A DNA stretch of 64,000 nucleotides. It comes from Dehalococcoidia bacterium. GTDB lineage: Bacteria; Chloroflexota; Dehalococcoidia; Lucifugimonadales; GCA-002694895. Location of the stretch: assembly GCA_029936815.1 (NCBI GenBank), contig JAPYRX010000002.1:109669-173668 (forward strand), given 5' to 3'. A program made the translations under genes and the position numbers. Shown here in pieces: positions 29,306 to 37,361 of this stretch. The notes under the pieces were generated by a model. The model ran no database searches, was not told where the DNA came from, and worked only from the letters and a program-made list of their open reading frames with translations. Numbering within the stretch: position 1 is the stretch's first letter; each line of letters opens with the position of its first letter.

Positions 29306-29334
29306 AAAAAAAAAGCCAGCTGATTAAAGCTGAC
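29306..29334 (-). terminator. Intrinsic terminator, minus strand
   Basis: Minus strand GTCAGCT-ttaatc-AGCTGGC followed by T9. Confidence 0.75.
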
Positions 29335-29342
29335 GTGAAACT

Positions 29343-29372
29343 ATTATAGCATGGTTAAAAAGGGTTTGTCAA
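29343..29372 (-). promoter_or_regulatory. Consensus sigma70/sigmaA promoter
   Basis: Minus strand TTGACA-N18-TATAAT with extended -10 TG (TGcTATAAT). Confidence 0.6.
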
Positions 29373-29414
29373 CCCCTCTCCCTCATAGGGACTAGTAAAC
29401 GATAAAAAAAATCT

Positions 29415-30047
29415 TTATATTGATTCCCATGATCCATCAATTACTCTCCAAAGATACCAAGAAAATATTGTTCTATAAGGCTTCCATTTTGTTGCTTCTT
29501 TAATCATTTGTTTTTCGCTGTGTTTTTTATTAAAAAGGATATTGAATCCATTCCTTATTGCTAAATCTCCAACAGGGAAAATATCTGGCCTTCCAAGAGA
29601 AAATATTAATAACATATCAATTGTCCAAGGACCTATTCCTTTGATAGTAATCAATTCTTCTTTTAATTTTATGTCTTTCATAGAATTAAAATCTTCATAT
29701 GTATATTCTGTTTCATTAAAGAATTTGGCTGTAGATTTTATATATTCAATTTTCTGCCTAGATAATCCGGCTGACTTTAATTTTAAATCTTTGGTGTTTA
29801 ATATTGTTTGAGGATTGATGTTTGTTGCAGAATATAAGTCTTGAAATTTATTGTGTACACTGGATGCTGCTTTAGTACTTATTTGTTGAGAAATGATCGA
29901 CTTAATTAATGACAAGAAAATATTTTTTGTTCCTCTATTTAGATCAGGATTACCGTACTGAGATTTCAATTTTTTTATCACAGGGTAATTTCTAGCAAGA
30001 AAATTAATTCCTTTCTCTAATTCGTCTTTTTCAAATAAATTTATCAT
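29415..30047 (-). CDS. DNA-3-methyladenine glycosylase II (AlkA/HhH-GPD family)
   Basis: IISQQIS, AGLSRQK, IKGIGPWT HhH, PVGDL, WKPYRT. Confidence 0.9.
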   Translation of the reverse strand: MINLFEKDELEKGINFLARNYPVIKKLKSQYGNPDLNRGTKNIFLSLIKSIISQQISTKAASSVHNKFQDLYSATNINPQTILNTKDLKLKSAGLSRQKIEYIKSTAKFFNETEYTYEDFNSMKDIKLKEELITIKGIGPWTIDMLLIFSLGRPDIFPVGDLAIRNGFNILFNKKHSEKQMIKEATKWKPYRTIFSWYLWRVIDGSWESI

Positions 30048-30784
30048 TTGTTAATATGTGAATAATAATTTTTCATTTCTTGGTCAGTAGCCATTTCTAA
30101 TTGTCTGGTTTTAAGCGTATTCAATTTAAATGGCCCATACTCAGTTCTTTTTAATTTTACTATGTTCAAGTCTAAAAATGACATTATATTTCTAATTTCT
30201 CTGTTTTTACCTTCTTCAAGGGTTAATTTTAATTTAATTGATTTTTTTTGTTCAGATAATATTTGATAATTAAAAGGCCTATATGATAGGTCATTAATTT
30301 TTGCACCTTTGCTTATTCTTAATAATTTTTTTTCATTTAAAACCCCATTTACTGATACTTCATAAACTCTTTTAAATTTATTTTTTGGTAATTCTAAGTT
30401 TCTAGCAATTTCACCATTGGATGTTAATATAAGTAATCCTTCCGAATAAAAATCTAGTCTTCCGGCAGTTTTGTAATTCCTATATTTAAGGTTGATAATA
30501 TCAAAGATTATTGGTTTGTTATTTTGTTTTTTATGAGAAGTTATAAACTTAATTGGTTTATTAAATTTTAGTATCACTATTTGATTCTTATGTTCTACTA
30601 ATTTATCGTCAAATTGAATATTGTCGGCTTCACTTACAAATGTGATTGGTGATTTGATTGTTATCCCATTTACCTTTATTCTATTTTGATCAATATATTT
30701 TTCAATTTCTCTTCTTGATCCAATATTTTGTGACGATAAATATTTAGCTATTCTCACATTATCTCCATACAGTTTTTTCTCCAA
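30044..30784 (-). CDS. RsuA/RluB-family rRNA pseudouridine synthase
   Basis: S4 domain RIAKYL...SRRE, GRLD catalytic motif, EGKNREIR. Confidence 0.9.
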   Translation of the reverse strand: MEKKLYGDNVRIAKYLSSQNIGSRREIEKYIDQNRIKVNGITIKSPITFVSEADNIQFDDKLVEHKNQIVILKFNKPIKFITSHKKQNNKPIIFDIINLKYRNYKTAGRLDFYSEGLLILTSNGEIARNLELPKNKFKRVYEVSVNGVLNEKKLLRISKGAKINDLSYRPFNYQILSEQKKSIKLKLTLEEGKNREIRNIMSFLDLNIVKLKRTEYGPFKLNTLKTRQLEMATDQEMKNYYSHINK

Positions 30785-31853
30785 TTATATATGTATCCTT
30801 TGCACCTGTAATGGATTTAGCGTTTATTTCAATGTTGTAATAATTTGACGCTGCTAACATAGCAAATCCATATGCTTCTTTATACTTTGGATGTATTCCT
30901 TTTTCGTCTATAGATAATATTTTGTATTCTGGTAGCAAATTGGTTAAGTTTTTCAATATTGACTTATTATTTATTCCTCCACCTGAAATATATACAGAAG
31001 TATTTTTAGATTTGTGAATATTTTTTATATTTAAAGCTATGGACAGAGATGTGAAATAAGTTAGGTTAGCTAAATTATTTTCATGTGAAATAGAAGGATT
31101 TATATTTTTTTCTATCCAATCTACTCCAAAAAGTTCTTTCCCAGTACTTTTTGGTGGATTAGCTGATATAAAATTTTCGTTTTGTATCCATTTATCCACT
31201 GTATTAATATCAAAAACTCCTTTGAGAGCTATTTCTCCTCCCTTATCATATTGTTGGGATAAAAATTTAACACAATAGAGATCAGACAATGACATTCCAG
31301 GGCCTGTGTCAAATCCTAAAGGTTCTTTATCTTTGCTTAAAATTGTTATATTAGAAATCCCTCCTATATTTAAAGTAATTACATCTTCTTTTTCATTATT
31401 AAATATCCATTTATCAACTATTGGGATCAGTGGTGCTCCTTGCCCTTCATTGATAATGTCTTTTATTCTGAAATTGTAAATTACTGGAACTTTAAGGAGT
31501 TTTGATATATATAAAGGTTCTCCTATTTGCACACTTGAATGTGTTCCATTATGATAAATCGTTTGCCCGTGTATCCCAATCATATCAATATTAAAATTAT
31601 TTTTTGTAATCCAATCATTTATTTTTACAGCCCATAATTTTCCTAAATCCATATGAGCTTGAGATATTTTAGATATTGACGAATTATTTAATTCTAATAA
31701 ATATTTGGTGAAATCATTTGAGTACTTTATATATTTTGTTTTGATAATTTCCCCAACAGGAATATTGTTTACTACACGGCATTCGATTAAGCATAAATCC
31801 ATGCCATCACATGATGTCCCTGTCATTAACCCTATAATATTAATTTTATCCAT
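30759..31853 (-). CDS. anmK: Anhydro-N-acetylmuramic acid kinase
   Basis: GLMTGTSCDGMD, HGQTIYH, GQGAPLIP, LNIGGISN, FDTGPG, PPKSTGKELFG. Confidence 0.93.
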   Translation of the reverse strand: MDKINIIGLMTGTSCDGMDLCLIECRVVNNIPVGEIIKTKYIKYSNDFTKYLLELNNSSISKISQAHMDLGKLWAVKINDWITKNNFNIDMIGIHGQTIYHNGTHSSVQIGEPLYISKLLKVPVIYNFRIKDIINEGQGAPLIPIVDKWIFNNEKEDVITLNIGGISNITILSKDKEPLGFDTGPGMSLSDLYCVKFLSQQYDKGGEIALKGVFDINTVDKWIQNENFISANPPKSTGKELFGVDWIEKNINPSISHENNLANLTYFTSLSIALNIKNIHKSKNTSVYISGGGINNKSILKNLTNLLPEYKILSIDEKGIHPKYKEAYGFAMLAASNYYNIEINAKSITGAKDTYIIGEKTVWR

Positions 31854-31856
31854 TGT

Positions 31857-32687
31857 TTATATAATTCTACTTAGAAATCCGTCATTGTCTTTTATTAAAT
31901 TTTTAGCTTTTTGATAACTGATTTTTTTAATATACATAACTATTGCAGTTTTTATTTCTTGATTTGAACATTCAAAAAGTTTCTCTGCAGATTTAAGGTC
32001 AGTATTAGCAATTTCAGAGATCATATCAATTGATCTTTTAATCAATTTTTTATTTAGAGGTTTCATATTAACCATATAATTTTTGTATGTTTTCCCGGAC
32101 CTGATCATAGCAATAGTACTTATCATGTTTAATAATTGTTTTGTCAAAGTTCCTGACGACATTCTTGTTGATCCCAAGATTTTTTCTTTTGTGACACCTA
32201 GTTCTATATTTATATCGTATTTACTTTTTGAGATATTTGAGATTAAACAAGTTTTAACTTTATTAGATTTGGAATCATCTAATGCTGAAATTGTGTACGG
32301 AGTATTTCCACTTGTACTTATACCTATTACAAGATCCTTAGAAGAAATTCCTTTATTATTTAATTGGATTATACCTGCGGATACTGAATCTTCAGATCCT
32401 TCTATTGATTGTGTCATTGCACTATCTCCGCCAGCAATTAACCCAATAAATGTATAGTCACCAAAAGTGGGGTAAATTTCTGATGATTCAATCATTCCTA
32501 ACCTCCCGCTTGTACCTGCTCCGATAAAAAATATTTTATTTTTATTGACAATTCTTTGAGTACACTCATCAATCAGTTTTTTGATTTCGCTTTTGTTATT
32601 CTCAACTACATCCGAAAAAGAAATTTCTTCATTTGCAAATTCTTTAATCAAATTATCTGTTGATGTATTTTCATAATTTTGTAACAT
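31857..32687 (-). CDS. murQ: N-acetylmuramic acid 6-phosphate etherase
   Basis: GAGTSGRLG...SEIYPTF, IAGG, EGSED, GSTRM..GT..K..LNMIST. Confidence 0.9.
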   Translation of the reverse strand: MLQNYENTSTDNLIKEFANEEISFSDVVENNKSEIKKLIDECTQRIVNKNKIFFIGAGTSGRLGMIESSEIYPTFGDYTFIGLIAGGDSAMTQSIEGSEDSVSAGIIQLNNKGISSKDLVIGISTSGNTPYTISALDDSKSNKVKTCLISNISKSKYDINIELGVTKEKILGSTRMSSGTLTKQLLNMISTIAMIRSGKTYKNYMVNMKPLNKKLIKRSIDMISEIANTDLKSAEKLFECSNQEIKTAIVMYIKKISYQKAKNLIKDNDGFLSRII

Positions 32688-32758
32688 TTAATATTTTATT
32701 CTTAATAAAAATTTTATTATATTATTATCATACATTTATATTAATCGGAGTAAAAGTA

Positions 32759-33151
32759 ATGTCAATTTTAAAACCTATATCGGAAAATGATGCAAGCGAG
32801 AAAGTGAAAAATGTGTTTGAAGAAATCAAAGTGTCAAAAAATGTTAATGTAGTTCCAAATTTTTGGAGAACTATTGCAAACAATTCAGACACGCTAGAAT
32901 GTACATGGAATTCTGTACAACAAGTTATGAAAGAAGGAAGTTTGAATTCATTGTTTAAAGAATTGATATATATTGCAGTTTCAATGACAAATAGTTGCGA
33001 ATATTGTATTAGATCACATACAAAATCAGCTCAAACAAAGGGCATAAGTGATGAAATGCCTAACGAATTAATTGCTGTCGTAGCAATGGCAAATGAGACG
33101 AGCAGGTTGGTTGAATCCTACCAGGTTGAAGTAGATGAGAATTTGAAATGA
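32759..33151 (+). CDS. AhpD/carboxymuconolactone decarboxylase-family protein
   Basis: KELIYIAVSMTNSCEYCIRSH (CxxC...H); start reassigned to ATG 32759 after GGAG. Confidence 0.85.
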   Translation: MSILKPISENDASEKVKNVFEEIKVSKNVNVVPNFWRTIANNSDTLECTWNSVQQVMKEGSLNSLFKELIYIAVSMTNSCEYCIRSHTKSAQTKGISDEMPNELIAVVAMANETSRLVESYQVEVDENLK

Positions 33152-33155
33152 TATT

Positions 33156-33959
33156 TTAGTACCATATAAATTCTGTAGCAAAGAGTATGTCTGATCCTAG
33201 CAATACCCCAAGAGTAATACTTAATACTCCAGCAATTCCATTTAGCCCTTTAATAACATTTTTGTTATTGTTCCCCAATGCAAATGGAAGTGATAACAAG
33301 AATGTCATTATAGACATAGATACAATTGTCCCAAGACCAAAAAGCGATATGAATAATATTCCTTTTAATGTGTTATTTATAGAAGGCAAGAGAATAAGCA
33401 TTACTGCTGCACTTCCAGCTAAGCTGTGAACAATTCCGATTATAAAAGATTTCATTCTGAAATGTGGTTTATGGAACGAAAATTTAGAGTGTTTTTCAAT
33501 TTCTATATCATGGTGATGATCGTCGTGAATTTTTATTTTTGGTAATTTTAATATGTTATATATTTTACTGAAAAATAAACCGATCAAATCTTTGTTTTTC
33601 ATTGAAATAACCAATGCTTGAAGTCCTAGTAAAATTAGCATTAATGCAACAAGGAATTCGAAATAATGAGAGATATCTTCGTAATTATTCATTAAATCTC
33701 TAAGATTAAGAATTATCAATCCAAGAATTAAGAGAGGAATAGTATGCCCTAATCCCCAAGATGTTCCAATCCAAAACCCTCTCCATATGTTTTTGGATTT
33801 TGATACAATTGTTGAGACAGCTACAACATGATCAGCGTCTGTTGCATGCCTTAGACCCATAGCTAACCCAAGAATAAACATTGTAACCCATTTGGAATCT
33901 GGTAATGATCCTTCTAGAAAAGCAAAATAACTTGAATATAAATAAGATATTTCTATCAT
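33156..33959 (-). CDS. NiCoT/UreH-like nickel (cobalt) permease
   Basis: GLRHATDADH, WGLGHT, His-rich loop HDDHHH, GIVHSLAGS. Confidence 0.85.
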   Translation of the reverse strand: MIEISYLYSSYFAFLEGSLPDSKWVTMFILGLAMGLRHATDADHVVAVSTIVSKSKNIWRGFWIGTSWGLGHTIPLLILGLIILNLRDLMNNYEDISHYFEFLVALMLILLGLQALVISMKNKDLIGLFFSKIYNILKLPKIKIHDDHHHDIEIEKHSKFSFHKPHFRMKSFIIGIVHSLAGSAAVMLILLPSINNTLKGILFISLFGLGTIVSMSIMTFLLSLPFALGNNNKNVIKGLNGIAGVLSITLGVLLGSDILFATEFIWY

Positions 33960-33995
33960 TTGATTAATTAAATTAATAGGATTTTAATTATAAGA

Positions 33996-34018
33996 TTATT
34001 GCAAATTAGTTGCAATAA
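33996..34018. promoter_or_regulatory. Nur/Fur-family operator overlapping the promoter of the Ni permease
   Basis: Perfect 9-5-9 palindrome TTATTGCAA-ATTAG-TTGCAATAA; on the minus strand TTGCAA-N17-TATAAT promoter overlaps it. Confidence 0.75.
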
Positions 34019-34432
34019 CTAATTACATTCTGAACATTTACCAATATATACAAAATTATTATTTATTAAATTAAATTTGGTATCGTTTTGTAAAATAGAA
34101 TTTATAGAATTTATAGAATCATTGGAAATATCTACTATTTTGTCACATGTTTCACATATTACATGCACATTTTGATCATTATCATTTAAAAAATATATAG
34201 CAGATTTGTGAGGAATATGTGAATGTTGTAATAAGCCCAATTCTTCCAATGCTTCAAGAGTTCTATAAATGGTAGTTCGATCAACTTTTGATTTTGATTT
34301 TTCATTTATTATTTGATGTAATTGCTGAACATTGAAATGAAAGTGAAGATTTGTTTCTAATAATTCACATATCATTTTCCGTGATCCTGTGATCCTGTAT
34401 CCATTGTTTTTAAGAGCGCTTAATAAGTTCAT
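34019..34432 (-). CDS. Fur-family metalloregulator, Nur-like
   Basis: YRITGSR, TIYRTLEALEELGLLQHSH (Nur-type HxH), HVICETC, CSEC. Confidence 0.85.
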   Translation of the reverse strand: MNLLSALKNNGYRITGSRKMICELLETNLHFHFNVQQLHQIINEKSKSKVDRTTIYRTLEALEELGLLQHSHIPHKSAIYFLNDNDQNVHVICETCDKIVDISNDSINSINSILQNDTKFNLINNNFVYIGKCSECN

Positions 34433-34524
34433 TCGTTAATTATACATTAATACTTTTTTATCAAATAAATCTAAACTGATATATAATCAAACTAAATATA
34501 TAAGTATTGGTTATGAAAATAATT

Positions 34525-35637
34525 CTATTTAGGTTGAGGGTATATTCTGTTAAGCAATGACATTATTTCTGTTTTTGGCTTTCTTAAAAACAGATCAAAA
34601 TCGTTAACCGCATATTTGTAATCTATACCAAAGTATTTTTTAAATGCAATTTCAAAATCTCCTTCAGCTTCTAAGTTAGAATAAAATTTATGTATTTTTT
34701 CCTCCCCAACTTTGTCTATAAGGTAAGCAGTAAACCAAGCTCCTATTTCATATCCAATTTTTTTCTCTTCTCCATTCCAAGTAAATTCATTTATTGTTTT
34801 TTCTGATTTTAAATACTTATCAATAAGTACCCCTTGCCATTCTGCCCAAAGAGAGCTTTCCATTTTATCTATAAAATATTCTCGATCTTGCATTTCTTTT
34901 GCATAATAATAATATGAGAAGAAAACTGCATTTCCTTCTACCCACCATGGAACATCAACATTTGGATCACTACCAGTGCCTAATTTACCTGCGATTTTCT
35001 TTTCATCCTTATAAGATCTATCTTTGGTTAGATTTGAATATTGGTATATATGAAACATTTCATGTAACGTTACGTAGCCATAGGAATCTGAGTGCTCGGG
35101 CAAATCATGACTGTTACTTATAAATAAATTAAATCCATCTCGTTTGCTATTACTTGATATAGAAGATCCTGTTACTCTTCCTTCTTTTTGAGTAAATAAA
35201 CACAAACCAAAATTACAACCTCTCTGTTTTGAATTACATTTCCCATTATCATAACCATTATTACCTTTTCCGCTGTTATGATATTTTTTTATATGATCAC
35301 ACCATATTTTTTCCAATTGCATTGCACTTTCTAAATTGTTTCTGTCGAGTACTGCTATATAGATAGGGTTAACTATTTCCCAATTTGTGGAAGGTTTGTC
35401 AAAAAATAATCTCTCAGCTACACAAACCCATTTTGTAATTAAATCTATGCCCTCATCACTTACTGTATCTGATGCCAAAATATAAGCTTCTATTTTGTTT
35501 GCACAATCTATTTTTGGTAAATCGATTGTTAAGTTATCGGGTGATACTGTATTGCTTGCTTGATTTGAGGAGCAAGAAATTAATAACAAAACAATAACAG
35601 ATATATATAATGTCTTATGTATATGTTTGAGACCCAT
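34525..35637 (-). CDS. Lipoprotein with gluzincin-like Zn-metallopeptidase motif
   Basis: Lipobox LLISC; HEMFH and downstream PWWVEG. Confidence 0.65.
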   Translation of the reverse strand: MGLKHIHKTLYISVIVLLLISCSSNQASNTVSPDNLTIDLPKIDCANKIEAYILASDTVSDEGIDLITKWVCVAERLFFDKPSTNWEIVNPIYIAVLDRNNLESAMQLEKIWCDHIKKYHNSGKGNNGYDNGKCNSKQRGCNFGLCLFTQKEGRVTGSSISSNSKRDGFNLFISNSHDLPEHSDSYGYVTLHEMFHIYQYSNLTKDRSYKDEKKIAGKLGTGSDPNVDVPWWVEGNAVFFSYYYYAKEMQDREYFIDKMESSLWAEWQGVLIDKYLKSEKTINEFTWNGEEKKIGYEIGAWFTAYLIDKVGEEKIHKFYSNLEAEGDFEIAFKKYFGIDYKYAVNDFDLFLRKPKTEIMSLLNRIYPQPK

Positions 35638-35680
35638 AATTCATTATAACCTGTAAGTGCAATACATCTCCCTTCGTAGC

Positions 35681-35768
35681 TCCCTTACGCGTACACGCAC
35701 ACGCGTGTTGTGTGTTTTATTTGTATTATAAGAGGATCGAAATATATAGCTCCTCACACGCGTAGGGA
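35681..35768. other. GC-rich multi-stem intergenic element
   Basis: TCCCTTACGCGT...ACGCGTAGGGA closing stem, internal ACACGCACAC/GTGTTGTGTGT and GAGGA/TCCTC stems, three ACGCGT palindromes. Confidence 0.55.
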
Positions 35769-35798
35769 AATAAGTATCTCAAAAGTAACTAAATATAT

Positions 35799-36044
35799 TT
35801 AGTTACAATCCATTTCAGTACAGGCCAAACCTCCATTCATGCATCTACACTGATTACAATAATTAGAGCCTGTATCCCATCCATCCCATCCATCATCAAC
35901 TAATTCGCCACCAGATAATTTACAGGATTTTAATTTTTCATTCTGCTGACTTTGATCAAATATTCCGACAAACCAAATCACAACAGATATAAAACCTACA
36001 ATGAATAATGTAGTTATAATAATATCTGTTCTTTTACCTAACAT
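35799..36044 (-). CDS. Membrane-anchored microprotein with pacifastin-like six-cysteine module
   Basis: N-terminal TM; C...CNQCRCMNGGLACTEMDC. Confidence 0.7.
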   Translation of the reverse strand: MLGKRTDIIITTLFIVGFISVVIWFVGIFDQSQQNEKLKSCKLSGGELVDDGWDGWDTGSNYCNQCRCMNGGLACTEMDCN

Positions 36045-36054
36045 AATTGTTATT

Positions 36055-36229
36055 ATAAGTCCTTTTTAGAAAAAAAAGTCTGTCACGCATATGTACAACC
36101 TACAACCACAAAACCTAAGCCATACCCCCTATCAACAATCAAACCTAACCAATCTACCATCAACACCAACAACTACCACAACAAGAGCAACACCACCAAG
36201 ACCAAGCCCTTTACAAGCAAAGCTCGTGC
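36055..36229 (+). repeat. ~175-bp imperfect direct repeat, copy 1
   Basis: Shares identical blocks with 39173-39337: TGTCACGCATATGTAC, ACCTAAGCCATACCCCCTATCAAC, CACCACCAAGACCA, TTACAAGCAAAGCTCGTGC. Confidence 0.93.
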
Positions 36230-36274
36230 AAGAATATATCTCTCTCTCAAATTCTTATTTATCTTTATTATTCA

Positions 36275-37180
36275 TTAAGGAGCTCCACTTAAACTTTCAC
36301 ATGCTATCCCATCTCTGTCTCTATCTAATCCATGAGCATTATTCATGCCAGCTGCCTCATAAAAATCCTGAGCATAAGACCAAGTAGGAAAATCTCCACA
36401 GTTCACATCTGGGTCATAAGGGTCAAACATAATCGGAGATCTTGTTCTTATTCCTAATGCACGTGTGGGTGTAACGGGAACAATAATTTTAGGGGTTATT
36501 GGTTTTGTATTAATAACAGGAGGAGTATAGCATGCACTCCATAAACCAATTTTAGTATTAGAAGCAAGTTTTTCTGAATTTAATAATAATTCGTAAATTG
36601 CATTCAAATTATCAGATTGATATTTTTTATTAACAGTAGCGTATCCATTTTTAACTAAAAAGTCATTAACAAATAATTCTTCATTTGAATCCAAAACTAT
36701 ATATCTCAAAAATCTCTTGTAAATATCTTTATCTTTTTTCCCTTTATATATTCTAATTTCTTTATTCAAAACCAATTCTTTATTTATATTGGAAGCTTCT
36801 GGGCCAAAGCATCCAACATCTTTGCTTGGATGTACTGTTTCTGGAGTGTCTATACCAAGATATCTTATTTTCCTGCCATCATTTAATTCTATTGTATCTC
36901 CATCCACTACTCTTGAAACATATACTTTTTCATACTCTAAGCCATAAAAAATCCCTCTTGAATTATTAATTAGTTTTTGTGTATTTGTGTTTGTTGGAGT
37001 TAGTTTAGATGGAGGTTTTGGAGTTGGGGGTGGTATAGTTTTTGGTGATGGATTAAATAGAGGTTTTGATTGTGTATTCTTTTTATCTACTGTTGAATTC
37101 GTTGTTATATTGTCAGTACTAGAAGAGCAAGCAGCAATAAATAAAGCAAATACTAGTAATATTGTTATTTTTTTATCCAT
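36275..37180 (-). CDS. Thermonuclease (SNase) lipoprotein with C-terminal Excalibur Ca-binding domain
   Basis: Lipobox IAAC, Pro/Thr linker, VVDGDT, IRYLGIDTPE, DIYKRFL; NCGDF...LDRDRDGIACE. Confidence 0.9.
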   Translation of the reverse strand: MDKKITILLVFALFIAACSSSTDNITTNSTVDKKNTQSKPLFNPSPKTIPPPTPKPPSKLTPTNTNTQKLINNSRGIFYGLEYEKVYVSRVVDGDTIELNDGRKIRYLGIDTPETVHPSKDVGCFGPEASNINKELVLNKEIRIYKGKKDKDIYKRFLRYIVLDSNEELFVNDFLVKNGYATVNKKYQSDNLNAIYELLLNSEKLASNTKIGLWSACYTPPVINTKPITPKIIVPVTPTRALGIRTRSPIMFDPYDPDVNCGDFPTWSYAQDFYEAAGMNNAHGLDRDRDGIACESLSGAP

Positions 37181-37361
37181 GCTTAATTATAGCCATTTAG
37201 TCAAAATACATTTTACACTCAATATAAATCAATACAAACATTGTTAATTACTGAATAGAATTTAATTCGTCTGGTATCAAATCAATATAATTAATATCTA
37301 TTTGTAAATGGATATTAATTCATTTCTTGACTTAATAGTTATAATTTAATAAATAATATTA

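Noticed and set aside
35675-35682. CGTAGCTC as a duplicated tRNA-Trp 5' fragment (att site)
   Set aside because: Only 8 bp of identity; too short to support an att core
36091-36387. 98-aa ORF on the + strand
   Set aside because: Low-complexity product of the CA-rich repeat, overlaps the thermonuclease antisense, and the frame is not preserved in copy 2
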